A stretch of 64,000 nt of DNA from Myxococcota bacterium (GCA_965250285.1 OZ252299.1:4020368-4084367); one strand, 5' to 3'; positions 39,002 to 49,055 are shown, counted from the stretch's first letter. The notes: generated from the sequence alone by a model not told the origin. Translations and numbers: made by a program.

Positions 39002-40165
39002 TCAGCGAGGCAGCCACGCTGCGAAGAACCGAAAGGCGTTCCCACCCATCACCTTGCGGATCTCCTCCCGCGTGAACCCCTCGTCGAGCATCGTCTGCGT
39101 GAGCACGGCGATCTCGGAGGCGTCGAAGAACACCCGCGTGGCGCCGTCGAAGTCGGAGCCCAGGGCCACGTGGTCGACGCCGAGCAGATCGATGCCGTAG
39201 CGAATCGCGCGCACGACGCCCCGAGGCGACGCGTCGCAGACCGCGCCCGACCAAAAGCCGACGCCGACGAGGCCGCCGCCGTGCGCGATCTCGACCATCA
39301 GCTCGTCGTCGAGGTTGCGCGCCGAGTCGCAGACACCGGCAAACCCGCCATGCGAGAGAATCACCGGCCGGCTCGAGCGGGCCAGCGTCTCGCGTACGCT
39401 CGCTCGCGAGGCGTGCGCCACGTCGATCACCATCCCCCGCCTGCCCGCTTCGTCGACCAGCGCCCGACCGAGCTCGGTCAAGCCATCGCCCGAGACGCCG
39501 TGCAGTGAGCCGCCGACCTGATTGTCGAAGAAGTGGGTGAGCCCGACGACGCGCACGCCGAGCGCGTCGAGTGCATCGAGGTTCGCGAGCTCGCCGTCGA
39601 GCGCATGAGCGCCCTCGATGCCGAAGACGGCGCCCAGGACCCGCGCGCCCCCGGCGCGCGCGGCTTCGAGCGCGGCGAGGTCGGCGCGCGAACGAATCAC
39701 GCGCAGCGAGCCGCCCGAGCGCAGCGCCCAGTCCTCGAGACGGCGGCCCTGGTACATGGCCCGCTCGAACGGACTGCCCCACGTCGCCGGTGGCCAGCCC
39801 TGCATGACCATCAGCCACCGGAGCGGATCGGTGTCGGAGGCGTTGCGTTCGTAATTCTGTCCCGACGGCGTCTGGGTCACGGCGGTCATGACCTGCAGCG
39901 CCAGCCCGCCCTCGAGCGCACGCGGCAGGTCGGTGTGACCCCGCTCGGCGCGCTCGAGCCAGTCGCGGCCCCAGAGCGTCGGGTCGGCGTGCAGATCGGC
40001 GACGGCGATCGAGTCGTGGAGGGTGCGAGCCCGGGCCGAGATCGGCCACGGCTCGTGGGGCGCGACGCGGTTGAGGCCCTGCTCGACGAGGGCGGGCCCG
40101 ACGGTGAAGAACGCGACGATGGCGACCCCGAAGATCGCGGCCATGACGAGCAGGAACGGCTTCAT
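39002..40165 (-). CDS. Membrane dipeptidase (M19)
   Basis: N-terminal TM, DLHAD, IEGAH, DVAH, SHGG, LGSDFDG. Confidence 0.92.
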   Translation of the reverse strand: MKPFLLVMAAIFGVAIVAFFTVGPALVEQGLNRVAPHEPWPISARARTLHDSIAVADLHADPTLWGRDWLERAERGHTDLPRALEGGLALQVMTAVTQTPSGQNYERNASDTDPLRWLMVMQGWPPATWGSPFERAMYQGRRLEDWALRSGGSLRVIRSRADLAALEAARAGGARVLGAVFGIEGAHALDGELANLDALDALGVRVVGLTHFFDNQVGGSLHGVSGDGLTELGRALVDEAGRRGMVIDVAHASRASVRETLARSSRPVILSHGGFAGVCDSARNLDDELMVEIAHGGGLVGVGFWSGAVCDASPRGVVRAIRYGIDLLGVDHVALGSDFDGATRVFFDASEIAVLTQTMLDEGFTREEIRKVMGGNAFRFFAAWLPR

Positions 40166-40240
40166 CCGGGCTCCCCGGCCGTCCAGTCGACGGACCTCGG
40201 CCTGGGAACCTATCACGGGGGGCGCGGGGTGCTCCGCGCC

Positions 40241-40546
40241 CTAGTGCGAAGCCTCGGAAGAGGCGCTCAACGCCATCGAGAGCGACTGCGCGACCGCCAG
40301 CGCATGGTCGAGCAGCAGGGCCACCTCGGGCGCGAAGGCAAAGCCCCGAAACGCGCTCGTCGAGAGCTCCATGAACGGGCCCGCCATGTCGTCGGGCTCC
40401 TCCACACGCTTCAGCCCCTCGCGGATCCCCGAGAAGAAGGCGTGCTGGTCGGCGTCTCCGAACGCGTCGGTGAGTCGGCAGAGCTCATCGATGAGCGGGA
40501 GCAGGTCGCCCTCGACGACGTCGCGGGTCTCCTTCAATGCCGACAT
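40241..40546 (-). CDS. Small helical hypothetical protein downstream of BLUF gene
   Basis: GGGAGG RBS, 13 bp after the BLUF stop; amphipathic helices. Confidence 0.65.
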   Translation of the reverse strand: MSALKETRDVVEGDLLPLIDELCRLTDAFGDADQHAFFSGIREGLKRVEEPDDMAGPFMELSTSAFRGFAFAPEVALLLDHALAVAQSLSMALSASSEASH

Positions 40547-40559
40547 GCCGCCTCCCACC

Positions 40560-40997
40560 TCAGGGCCCGTCGCGGCTGACGATTGCAGCGCCGCTCGCAA
40601 GCTCTCCGAGCATGGCCAGCGCGCTGGTCGCCGTCATCGCGTACGGGTCCATCGCGCCGCCACCTGAGTACCGCAGCACGATGCTTCGGTTGACCTTGTC
40701 GAGATCGACGCTGCCCATCCGCCAGCTCGTGAACCGTCGCTCGTCGACATCGGCGTAGTGGATCAGCGTGACGTCGTAGTGGCGTGGATCGCGCGCGATA
40801 TGCGTATAGAGCCGATTCACCTCGGCCCGCCCGCCCTCGAGCACCTGAAGGAAGAGGCCCGGCTCGCGCTGCACGCAGAGGATACCGGTGACACCCAGCA
40901 CCTCGTTGTTCTGCCGAGACTGGCGCAGAATCGACGCCATCAGCGCGTCGTCGACCGGCGCCATCGCCCGGCTCGCATAGACGAGACGAACCAGCAC
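40560..40997 (-). CDS. BLUF domain blue-light sensor
   Basis: YASR, NN..GVTG, FLQVLEG, DPRH and RRFTSWRM (conserved Tyr/Gln/Trp/Met). Confidence 0.93.
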   Translation of the reverse strand: MLVRLVYASRAMAPVDDALMASILRQSRQNNEVLGVTGILCVQREPGLFLQVLEGGRAEVNRLYTHIARDPRHYDVTLIHYADVDERRFTSWRMGSVDLDKVNRSIVLRYSGGGAMDPYAMTATSALAMLGELASGAAIVSRDGP

Positions 40998-41000
40998 GGT

Positions 41001-41771
41001 CTACGACCGCGCGTCGATGAGAGAGAGGAACTCACGGCGCAGCGATGCGTCCTTCAAGAACGAGCCCCGCATGATCGAGTTGGTCATCTTCGACTCACCG
41101 TCCTTGACGCCGCGCCACTGCATGCAGAAGTGGTCGGCCTTCATGACGATCGCGATGCCGTCGGGCTGCATCTTGTCCTGAAGCACCTCGGCGACCTGAT
41201 CGATGGCCTCTTCCTGGATCTGCGGTCGAGACATGATCCAGTCGATCAGGCGCGCGTACTTCGAAAGCCCGATCAGCTCGCTGTGTTCGTTCGGCATCAC
41301 GCCGACCCAGACGCGCCCCATGATCGGGCAGAGGTGGTGCGAGCAAGCGCTGCGCACGGTGATCGGCCCGATGATCATCAGCTCGCTCAGCTGCGACACA
41401 TTCGGGAACTCGGTGACGGGCGGGGCTTCGCGGTAGCGACCGCCGAAGACCTCGCGCAGGTACATCTTGGCCACGCGGCGCGCCGTATCCTGGGTGTTGT
41501 GGTCGTCATCGATGTCGATGACCAGAGCTCGCAGCACCTCGGACATCTTGTCGGCCACCTCGGCCTGGAGCGCCTCGAGCTCGCCCTCGCGAATGAACGC
41601 ATGGATGTTGTCGTTGGCGTTGAAGCGGGCGCCCTGCGCCTGCAGTCGAGCTCGAATGCGATCGGCGACGGGGGTCGTGCTGCCGGGGTCCTCGAACAAG
41701 GCCGGTGCCGGTGCGGCTGCGGACGAGCGGGCGCGCTCGGGGGCGACGAGGTTCTCCAGGGAAACGCTCAT
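41001..41771 (-). CDS. folE: GTP cyclohydrolase I
   Basis: TARRVAKMY, SACSHHLCP, GLSKYAR, RPQIQE, HFCMQWRGV. Confidence 0.95.
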   Translation of the reverse strand: MSVSLENLVAPERARSSAAAPAPALFEDPGSTTPVADRIRARLQAQGARFNANDNIHAFIREGELEALQAEVADKMSEVLRALVIDIDDDHNTQDTARRVAKMYLREVFGGRYREAPPVTEFPNVSQLSELMIIGPITVRSACSHHLCPIMGRVWVGVMPNEHSELIGLSKYARLIDWIMSRPQIQEEAIDQVAEVLQDKMQPDGIAIVMKADHFCMQWRGVKDGESKMTNSIMRGSFLKDASLRREFLSLIDARS

Positions 41772-41836
41772 GAAGTTGGGCTCCGATGGATGGGGTTCGA
41801 GCGGGCTGCGCCGGTCGAACGACGATGGCTTCTGCC

Positions 41837-41925
41837 TAGAAAAAAGCTGGACAATATCGACTGGTACAGATTCTAGACGCACGAGATCTGTACTGTCCAG
41901 TTCTGATGTCCAAATTTTCTGGACG
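41837..41925. promoter_or_regulatory. Cluster of TnnACA-like repeats upstream of folE
   Basis: TGGACA 41848, GGTACA 41863, TAGACG 41874, TGTCCA 41894 and 41907, TGGACG 41920, in a lower-GC patch. Confidence 0.45.
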
Positions 41926-41973
41926 TTTCGCGCTTTTCGTCGATGAGAGCGAGCTGAAGCGCTCGACAGCGCT

Positions 41974-44223
41974 TCAGGCAGACCGCTCAGCGGCCGGCAG
42001 CCCCGACCAGTGTCCGGGATCCTGGGGACCCGCGGCCGGCATCACCTCGACCGGGATCCCCGTCAGGCGCGACATGCCGCTCACGGGCTCGACGGCGTCG
42101 ACGCCGTCGGCCGCGAGCAGATTCACGTTGACCCCGCTGGTGCGGCTGGCGACCGAGAGCCCGGGCGCACCCTGGTGCCCCCAGCCGTGCGGCAGCGCCA
42201 CGCTGCCGGGCAGCAGATCGTCGAGCAGCTGGATCGGCACCCGCACCGTGGCCGTCGCCGACCGCACGTCGGCGAGATCGCCCGGTTCGAGCCCCGCCGC
42301 CTTCGCGTCCTGGGAGTGCATGTACAGATAGTTGGTGTGGAGCGCGCCGCGGACGAACTCGGCGTCATTGTGCGTCCACGAGTTGTGGGTCTTCACGTGC
42401 CGCTTGGTGATGAGCCGAAGCCCCCCGACGTCACGCTGCTCGGCCTCGAAGGCCTGCTCGAGCACCGCGGCGCGCTCGACGAGACGCGCCGGCGCGAGAG
42501 CGATCTTGCGGTCGGCAGTCGCCACCCCACCCTCGCGCAGCGAACCCACTGGATGCGCCGGACGCGATCGACCGTGGGTCTCGGCTTCGAGCGCATCGAA
42601 GCCGCCGTTCTTCGTGAGGCGCAAGATCGACGACATCAGAAACTTCTGCGGGACCGAGCGCGGCCGGTCGGGGTTCTTCTTCGAGTGCCGCGCGGTGCCC
42701 CACTCGAGCAGTCGCTGCGCGATCCCCGAGCCGAAGAGCGGCGCGCCGCACGCATGAGCGAGATCGAGATAGATCGTCGCTTCGTCGCGCTGGTCGCCGG
42801 GCGACGCGCAGACGGGCTCGGTTGCCTGCAGATACGGTCGCGACTGCATCCCCATGAGCAGCGGAAACGCGAAGGGCAGATCGAAACGCTCGAAGGGGGT
42901 CGTCGCCGGCAGCTGCCAGTGCGCGAGGTGCCCGGTCTCGGTGGGCAGGATGTCGATCGTCACCAGCAGCTCGAGGCCCTCGAAGGCGCGCTTGAGGCGT
43001 TCGCTGTTGGCCATCGTGATGAGCGGATTGCCGCCCGTGACGAACAGCGCCTTCAGCTGGCCCGGCCCCTCGGTCAGCATCTCGTCGGCCATCACGCCGC
43101 CCGGGAAAGCGTCGTTGACCGCCTGGAACCCGCCGATGCGCGACGTCTCGCTCGAGAGCCCGAAGCCGCTGCGCTCGCCGAGCTTGGCGAAGTCGAGAAT
43201 GCCCCGGCCGAGGATCGTGCCGCCCCGGCGGTCGAGGTTGCCGCTGACGGCGTTGATCACCTCCTGCAGCCAGAACGCGAGGGCGCCGTGCCCACCCATG
43301 TTCACGCCGGTCGAGCTGTAGAGCACCGCGCCGTCGGCCTCACGGTACGCGCGCACCATCGCGCGCAGGGTCTCGGCGGGGATCCGCGTGACGTCGGCCG
43401 TGCGCTCGGGGCTCCAGGGCGCGACGATGCGCTCGACCTCGTCGAAGCCGGTCGTCAGCGCTTCGACCGTTTCGCGATCGACCCCGCCCGTCGCGATCAA
43501 CTCGTTCAGGAACGAGAGATAGAAGAACACGTCGGTGCCCGGCTGGATCGCCACGTACTCGCCCGCCGTCTTCGCCGTCTCGGTCCGGCGCGGATCGACG
43601 ACGAAGATGCGACCGCCCCGCGCCTCGATCTCCTTGAGGCGCTTCCCCGGGTTGGGCACCTGCAGGAAGCTCCACTTCGAGACGACCGGGTTCGCGCCGA
43701 CGATGATCAGGCACTCGACGTGCTCGACATCGGGGAACGGCTGCGTGAAGGGAAACCCGTAGACCTCTCGGGCGACGGCGAACTTGTTGCTGCAATCCTG
43801 GGTCGCCGAGGCATAGATGCTCTTCGACCCGAGACCGGTCATGAAGCCCTGCGCGAAGATCGGGTGGAGCAGGCTGAAACCGGCGGCGGTCCCGACGTAC
43901 ATCCCGACCGAGTCGGGGCCGTGATCACGCACGAGCTGCTTCACCTTCGCGCCGATGTCGCCCATGGCGTCGTCCCACGAGGCATCGACGAAGCCCCCGT
44001 CCACCTTCTTGCGCGGGCGCTGGAGCCGATCGGGCGAGGCGTAGAGCTGGTGCTGCTTGAGCCCCTTGACGCAACCGAAGCCGTCGGTCGCCACGTGCGC
44101 GTCGTCGGGCCGGATGCGCGTCACCGCGCCGTCCTCGAGCGTCACCTCGAGGCCGCAGAGCGATTCGCAGATGCGACAGAAGGTGTTTCGCGTCTCGGTG
44201 ATCGGGGCGTGCGACTCGGCCAC
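41974..44223 (-). CDS. Molybdopterin-dependent oxidoreductase
   Basis: CRICESLC...C 4Fe-4S motif, GANPVVS, VVDPRRTETA, GGNP, LPHGWG; no Tat signal; GTG after GGAGG. Confidence 0.92.
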   Translation of the reverse strand: MAESHAPITETRNTFCRICESLCGLEVTLEDGAVTRIRPDDAHVATDGFGCVKGLKQHQLYASPDRLQRPRKKVDGGFVDASWDDAMGDIGAKVKQLVRDHGPDSVGMYVGTAAGFSLLHPIFAQGFMTGLGSKSIYASATQDCSNKFAVAREVYGFPFTQPFPDVEHVECLIIVGANPVVSKWSFLQVPNPGKRLKEIEARGGRIFVVDPRRTETAKTAGEYVAIQPGTDVFFYLSFLNELIATGGVDRETVEALTTGFDEVERIVAPWSPERTADVTRIPAETLRAMVRAYREADGAVLYSSTGVNMGGHGALAFWLQEVINAVSGNLDRRGGTILGRGILDFAKLGERSGFGLSSETSRIGGFQAVNDAFPGGVMADEMLTEGPGQLKALFVTGGNPLITMANSERLKRAFEGLELLVTIDILPTETGHLAHWQLPATTPFERFDLPFAFPLLMGMQSRPYLQATEPVCASPGDQRDEATIYLDLAHACGAPLFGSGIAQRLLEWGTARHSKKNPDRPRSVPQKFLMSSILRLTKNGGFDALEAETHGRSRPAHPVGSLREGGVATADRKIALAPARLVERAAVLEQAFEAEQRDVGGLRLITKRHVKTHNSWTHNDAEFVRGALHTNYLYMHSQDAKAAGLEPGDLADVRSATATVRVPIQLLDDLLPGSVALPHGWGHQGAPGLSVASRTSGVNVNLLAADGVDAVEPVSGMSRLTGIPVEVMPAAGPQDPGHWSGLPAAERSA

Positions 44224-44308
44224 GGGCGTCCTCCGTTGGGGCCGGCGATGATAGCCGCGACCCGACCGGCGCCGAGCGGAGTGAATCTGGACAGCGCCCG
44301 CCCTCGGC

Positions 44309-44890
44309 TCAGACCTTGAAGCGGATCGTCTCGACGAGCGCCTCGAAGTCGGGCCGGCCCGCCTCGAAATAGTGCTGCTCGGCGGCGCGGTACTCGAAGC
44401 GATAGATCCACGGACCGACGGCGCACCCGACTTCGACGGTGCGGATCGGCAGGCCGGTCTCACCGCGAAACTGGTAGTCGATCTCGTAGCAGGCGCGGCC
44501 ATCGACGACGGCCGGACCATTGCCGAGCACCTCGAGCCCCCCGACGCCGTCGTCGAGCCGGCGACTGTCGAGCGAGATCTCGGCGATCTCGTGGGGCATG
44601 AGGTCGCCCTCGAGCGTGCGACCGGTGCCCTTCACCTCGGTCGTGAGCTTCCAGCGTCGCAGGTGCATCGAGTCGAGCTCGATGCCGTGGCGCGTGAGGA
44701 AGAGCCCCTCCGAGAACGTCGCCGCCATCCACTCGGCGGGCACCACCATCTCGAGCTGCAGCCAGATGTGCGTGTAGGGCTTCTCGTTCGACTTCGACCA
44801 CGTCGCGCAGCCGGTGCCGGCGACCTGGAGCGCGACAGCGAGGACCAGCGGCGCGCCGAGGCGCCGAAGCAGCGAGCGAAACGGGGTCAT
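44309..44890 (-). CDS. Hypothetical lipoprotein
   Basis: Lipobox AGTG-C; 4-bp overlap with the upstream gene. Confidence 0.75.
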   Translation of the reverse strand: MTPFRSLLRRLGAPLVLAVALQVAGTGCATWSKSNEKPYTHIWLQLEMVVPAEWMAATFSEGLFLTRHGIELDSMHLRRWKLTTEVKGTGRTLEGDLMPHEIAEISLDSRRLDDGVGGLEVLGNGPAVVDGRACYEIDYQFRGETGLPIRTVEVGCAVGPWIYRFEYRAAEQHYFEAGRPDFEALVETIRFKV

Positions 44891-46137
44891 TGGGACGCGG
44901 GCTCCTTCGAGTCGATGCGCTCGAGATAGTGGGCCGCGTGGGCGGCGTCGGGCGCATCGGGGGCGGCCTTCAGGTAGCTCGCGAGGTGCGCCCGGGCCTG
45001 CTGCCCGCTGTCGCCCCGCTTCTCGAAGTCGCGGTAGTACAGGAAGCCGAGGCCACGGTGGGCCCCGGCGTGACTGCGATCGAGCGCGAGCGCGCGTTCC
45101 CAGGCTTCGATCGCGCCTGCGCGGTCCGGGTTCGACTTCGAGCGCAGCCGCGCCTCACCGAGAACGACCCAGGCGTCGGCGTCGGTCTCGTCCTGGGCGA
45201 GGGCGAGCTCGGCGGTCTGCCGCGCCGAGTCGAAGCGGCCACGATCGAGTTCGAGGCCAGCCTGGTGAACGCGCACGGTGTGCACGCGCGCGTTGAAGCG
45301 GTCGGCGCCCAGGGTGCGCCCTTCGGCCGCGGCCGACGCCGCGTACTCGCCGGCGATCAGCTTCTCGTAGCCATCGATGCGGTTGCGCATGTGGATCGGG
45401 GTGCCGAACGAGAAGCCGAGCGGGGCGGGCGGCCGCTGCGCGTTGACCTCGGCCAGATACGCGACGCTGCGCTCGAAGAGTCGCGGCGCCTCGTTCAGGT
45501 CGTAGCCGGCCGCATCCATCATCTCGAGACCGATGCGATCGGCTCGCTTCTCGAGCTCGTGGTGGTACCCGGCCATCGAAGAGAAGCTGCCGGCCTGGAG
45601 GAACATCTGCGCATAGCCCCCGCCCTGAACCGGCGACGAGAAGACCCGCGTGGCGGCGAGCGCGTTGCCCGTCTCGCGCGTCGTCCGGTGCTCGAGCAGC
45701 GCGTGTCGCTGCAGCACGTGCGCGATCTCGCGGGAGAGCATCGTGGCCAGCTGCGCCTCGTTCTCCATGTGCGCGAGCAGCGCCGTGTGGACGTAGATCA
45801 CGCCGTTCGGGAACGACATCGCGTTCATGTCGGGGTTCGAGAGCACCGTGATGCGCGGCTCGAGGCCAGCCGTCGCGAAGGCGTCCCCAGCGAGCAACGT
45901 CGCGACCTCCACCATGTAGGCCTCGAGGGCCGGATCCTCGAAGCGCATGCCGCTGCCATCGAGCGCGACCTGGGTCTCGCGGGCCCGCGTCCAGAGGTGC
46001 TCTTCGTCCTGGGTGCGCTCCGCGCTGGCGTCGAGCTGATCGAGCGACGCGACGGGCATCTGCATGCAGCCGACCCAAGGCCCGACACACACGAACAGGA
46101 CCAGCGCGCAGGCGCTTCGGCGGATCGACCGGGTCAT
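44887..46137 (-). CDS. M48 peptidase-like TPR lipoprotein with degenerate zinc motif
   Basis: NAMSFPNGVIYVHTALL..MENEAQLA, REIAH in place of HExxH, ExxAD, C-terminal TPRs; lipobox WVG-C. Confidence 0.85.
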   Translation of the reverse strand: MTRSIRRSACALVLFVCVGPWVGCMQMPVASLDQLDASAERTQDEEHLWTRARETQVALDGSGMRFEDPALEAYMVEVATLLAGDAFATAGLEPRITVLSNPDMNAMSFPNGVIYVHTALLAHMENEAQLATMLSREIAHVLQRHALLEHRTTRETGNALAATRVFSSPVQGGGYAQMFLQAGSFSSMAGYHHELEKRADRIGLEMMDAAGYDLNEAPRLFERSVAYLAEVNAQRPPAPLGFSFGTPIHMRNRIDGYEKLIAGEYAASAAAEGRTLGADRFNARVHTVRVHQAGLELDRGRFDSARQTAELALAQDETDADAWVVLGEARLRSKSNPDRAGAIEAWERALALDRSHAGAHRGLGFLYYRDFEKRGDSGQQARAHLASYLKAAPDAPDAAHAAHYLERIDSKEPASQ

Positions 46138-46940
46138 TGCGGGAGCCCCTTCATCAGGGTGTCGACCAGAGCCTGGTCGGTCGCCTGATCGCGCAGATCC
46201 GTGAACGGCAATGAGAGCGAGTTGAACCAGAGGATGTCGCCGGTCTCGGTCTCGACGAGGGCGAGCATCAGCTTCGCGGGCGTCGCCCCCGGCCCCGCAT
46301 AGCTCGCGGTCATGGCGCTGACGGCGATGCCCGCAGCGACCAGCGCGGCGCGTTGGCGTGTCGGCACGTGATCGGTGGCGATCACCAGCAGGAACGCGTC
46401 TGCGGGGGTGGGTCCGATCAGCGTGCTCGCTTCGCTCCCGAGCGTGTAGTCGAAGTCGGAGATCTTGTGGGGAAAGGTGTTCCAGGGGTCGTAGGCGTGA
46501 CGCAGGATGGCGAGGCTCGCCGCCTCGAAGAGCAGCCAGGTGTCCTCGGCCTCGGTGTAGCCGGCCTCGGCCGCACGAGCGGCAGCCGCGTCGTCGCGCC
46601 GGATCGTGCGATGCGGCAGGTCGGCGCCGGCATAGGGAACGAACTCGCGGCCCAGCTCCTCGACCTCGGCTTCGACGGCCGCGACGACGTGGGCATACGC
46701 CGACTCGCTCCAGTCCCGCACCTCTTCTTCGGTGTCGCCCGCCGACATCTCGTAGACCGACACCTTGGGCGGCACGAGGGTGATCCGCCGAACCCCCTCG
46801 AACCGCGACTCGAAGTCGGCGGGCTGACGCTGCGGCGGCGGGGTGGCGCAGGCCACTTGCCCCGAAACCGCGAGCAGGACGAGCCCCGTGAAGAGCAGCC
46901 CGCGCGTGCGGGCGCGTCGCATCGACTCAGCCTTCTGCAT
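46134..46940 (-). CDS. Hypothetical lipoprotein
   Basis: QVA-C lipobox; C-terminal LALVETETGDILW; start 46940 or 46922. Confidence 0.75.
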   Translation of the reverse strand: MQKAESMRRARTRGLLFTGLVLLAVSGQVACATPPPQRQPADFESRFEGVRRITLVPPKVSVYEMSAGDTEEEVRDWSESAYAHVVAAVEAEVEELGREFVPYAGADLPHRTIRRDDAAAARAAEAGYTEAEDTWLLFEAASLAILRHAYDPWNTFPHKISDFDYTLGSEASTLIGPTPADAFLLVIATDHVPTRQRAALVAAGIAVSAMTASYAGPGATPAKLMLALVETETGDILWFNSLSLPFTDLRDQATDQALVDTLMKGLPQ

Positions 46941-47895
46941 GATCGTTCGCCTTCGCCTTCCCAGCCTTGCTCGCCTTGTCGCTCTCGGCCTCGAGATCGA
47001 CGAGCTTATCGCCCGTGTAGCCGCACGCCTTGCTCGGAGCGTCGAGCAGCTGCTTCGCGAAGAAGATCTCGCGGCGCTCGTCTTCGTTGTGGCCCGGTCG
47101 GTCGGCGACCTGCTCGAGCATCGCACGCCCCTCGTCGAGGCGCGCGTCCTGCTTCTTCTCGGTGCCGATGCACAAGAGCTGCGTGCCGACCTCGACGCGG
47201 TAGTCGAGGCGATCGGGATGCAGCGCGAGGGCCTTGCGGCTGTGGGCCAGCCCCTTCTCGCGATCGCCGCGCACGCCGAAGAGCCACTTCACCCAGATCG
47301 AGTCGGGCACCACGCGGTTCCAGTTCGCGCTCGCGTAGTACAGATTGGCGAGGGTCGAGCTGCCCGGGCCGTCGCTGTGGGTGGGCTCGAGCTCGATGCC
47401 CCGCTCGAGCAAGCGGTTCATCTCGCGCGCCTGGCGCGCGGCCGACAGCAGGCCGCGGGTCGTCGCGATGCGCGCCATCGCCGAGAACTTCCACATCATG
47501 CACTCGCCGCACGCGTCGTTCGCGTCGATCCCTCGCTGAGCGAGCGCCTTGGCGCGCTCGAAATGCTCGAGCTTCGCGGCGTCGGCCGCCGCGTCGTCGA
47601 GGGGCAGCAGCTCACCGGCGAGCCAGTGCGCCCGGGCCGCGCGCCAGTAGCCGTTGGGGTCGCCGCCGGGCGCATCGGCCACACCGAGAAACAGCGCGGC
47701 CGCGCCCTCGAGGTCGTTCGAGAGCTCGACCGGATCGGCGGCCGCGTCTGTGAACGCCCGAATCTCGACCTGCGACGCGCGCTCCCAGTCGGTCGGGGCG
47801 GGGCTCGGGTCGGCCGCTGCCTGGGCACTGGCCGGCCAGGCGAGGGTCAGCGTGAGCAGCAGGGCGGCGAGGGGCGAGAGCGGGCGACGGATCAT
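46927..47895 (-). CDS. Secreted TPR-repeat protein (TatT/RMD-like helical solenoid)
   Basis: Signal peptide, YWRAARA, TPR-like helices, CGEC; AGGAG RBS. Confidence 0.7.
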   Translation of the reverse strand: MIRRPLSPLAALLLTLTLAWPASAQAAADPSPAPTDWERASQVEIRAFTDAAADPVELSNDLEGAAALFLGVADAPGGDPNGYWRAARAHWLAGELLPLDDAAADAAKLEHFERAKALAQRGIDANDACGECMMWKFSAMARIATTRGLLSAARQAREMNRLLERGIELEPTHSDGPGSSTLANLYYASANWNRVVPDSIWVKWLFGVRGDREKGLAHSRKALALHPDRLDYRVEVGTQLLCIGTEKKQDARLDEGRAMLEQVADRPGHNEDERREIFFAKQLLDAPSKACGYTGDKLVDLEAESDKASKAGKAKANDHAEG

Positions 47896-48275
47896 GTCAG
47901 GGTCTCCTCTGGACGCGTCATTCGGCCTCGGGGCCGGGCTCGCGTCGTCGAGGGACAATCTGCCCGAGGCGCGACACGGGCGGCAGGGGCCGGATGGCCC
48001 ACCCCCGATCGGCATGGGTCGGCGGCCGACGACGACGGGGTGCGACCCGGCACGGCCGGTGGGGCGGCGCAGACCGATCCAGGTCGATGCCGGTCGATCG
48101 CCTGCGCCAGGCTCCATGCGGATCGGTCTCTGCGCTCCTTCGAAGCCACGCGCCGACTCGAACGCGCGTGCATGCGCAGGCACAGCCCAAACGTGACGAT
48201 TCCCACTCGATTTTCGCCTGCATCGCAGCCCGGTGGTGCCTGGATGTGCCCGCGGGTGCTCGAGTCGCACTCGAA

Positions 48276-48298
48276 TTCAAAGTCGATCGGACGTTGAA
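48276..48298. promoter_or_regulatory. Possible TetR operator
   Basis: TTCAA-A-GTC-N5-GAC-G-TTGAA imperfect palindrome about 60 bp before tetR. Confidence 0.4.
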
Positions 48299-48355
48299 CC
48301 ATTCAGGCACTGGCGGTGCTGGACTCGAGCCACCGCGCTCTCTAGGCTGCAGGAG

Positions 48356-49000
48356 ATGACGACCGCGTCCGACCAGACCCAGGCCGCCCGATCGCGCATT
48401 CAAGAGGCCGCGCACCGGCTCTTCGCCGAACGGGGCCCGGACGAAGTGACCATGGCCGAGGTCGCCCGCGCCGCCGGTGTCGCGCGAGCGACCGTGTTCA
48501 ACCACTTCGGATCGAAGCGCGCCCTCATCGAGAGCATGACCGAGGGCGTCCTCGACCTCTATTTCGAGCTGCTGCAGGGGGCGCTGGCCGACGAGGATCG
48601 GCCGACGTCGTCGCTGATCCGGCATCTCTTCGTCGTGATGGGCTTCGGCATCGAATCCGAACGACAGTTCCACCGCGCCGTGTTTCGCCAGATCACCCGG
48701 CTCTCGCTCGGCATCGACGAGGGCGGCGCCACCAACGCCGCCCGCCAACGCAACCAGGATGCGGTCGTCAAGCTGATCGTCCGGGGACAAGAGCGCGGTG
48801 ACATCACGAAGGCACACGCAGCCGAGACCTTGGCGGGTGCCTTCGCGAGCCTCGTGACAGGCACCGTGACGCATTGGCTCTACGACGACGACACCCAGCC
48901 GCTGCGCGAGCGCATGCGCGACGCTGCCGATGTGTTCCTGGCCCCGGTCGCCGTCGAGTCTGGGGCGCCGCCGCCCTTCGAAGCGGTGCGGGGCGACTGA
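48356..49000 (+). CDS. TetR/AcrR family regulator
   Basis: VARAAGVARATVFNHFGSK; AGGAG RBS. Confidence 0.93.
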   Translation: MTTASDQTQAARSRIQEAAHRLFAERGPDEVTMAEVARAAGVARATVFNHFGSKRALIESMTEGVLDLYFELLQGALADEDRPTSSLIRHLFVVMGFGIESERQFHRAVFRQITRLSLGIDEGGATNAARQRNQDAVVKLIVRGQERGDITKAHAAETLAGAFASLVTGTVTHWLYDDDTQPLRERMRDAADVFLAPVAVESGAPPPFEAVRGD

Positions 49001-49055
49001 CGGGGCACCGCCCGACGCAAGGCCAGCTCCGACGCGATCCGAGGAGACTGCACCG

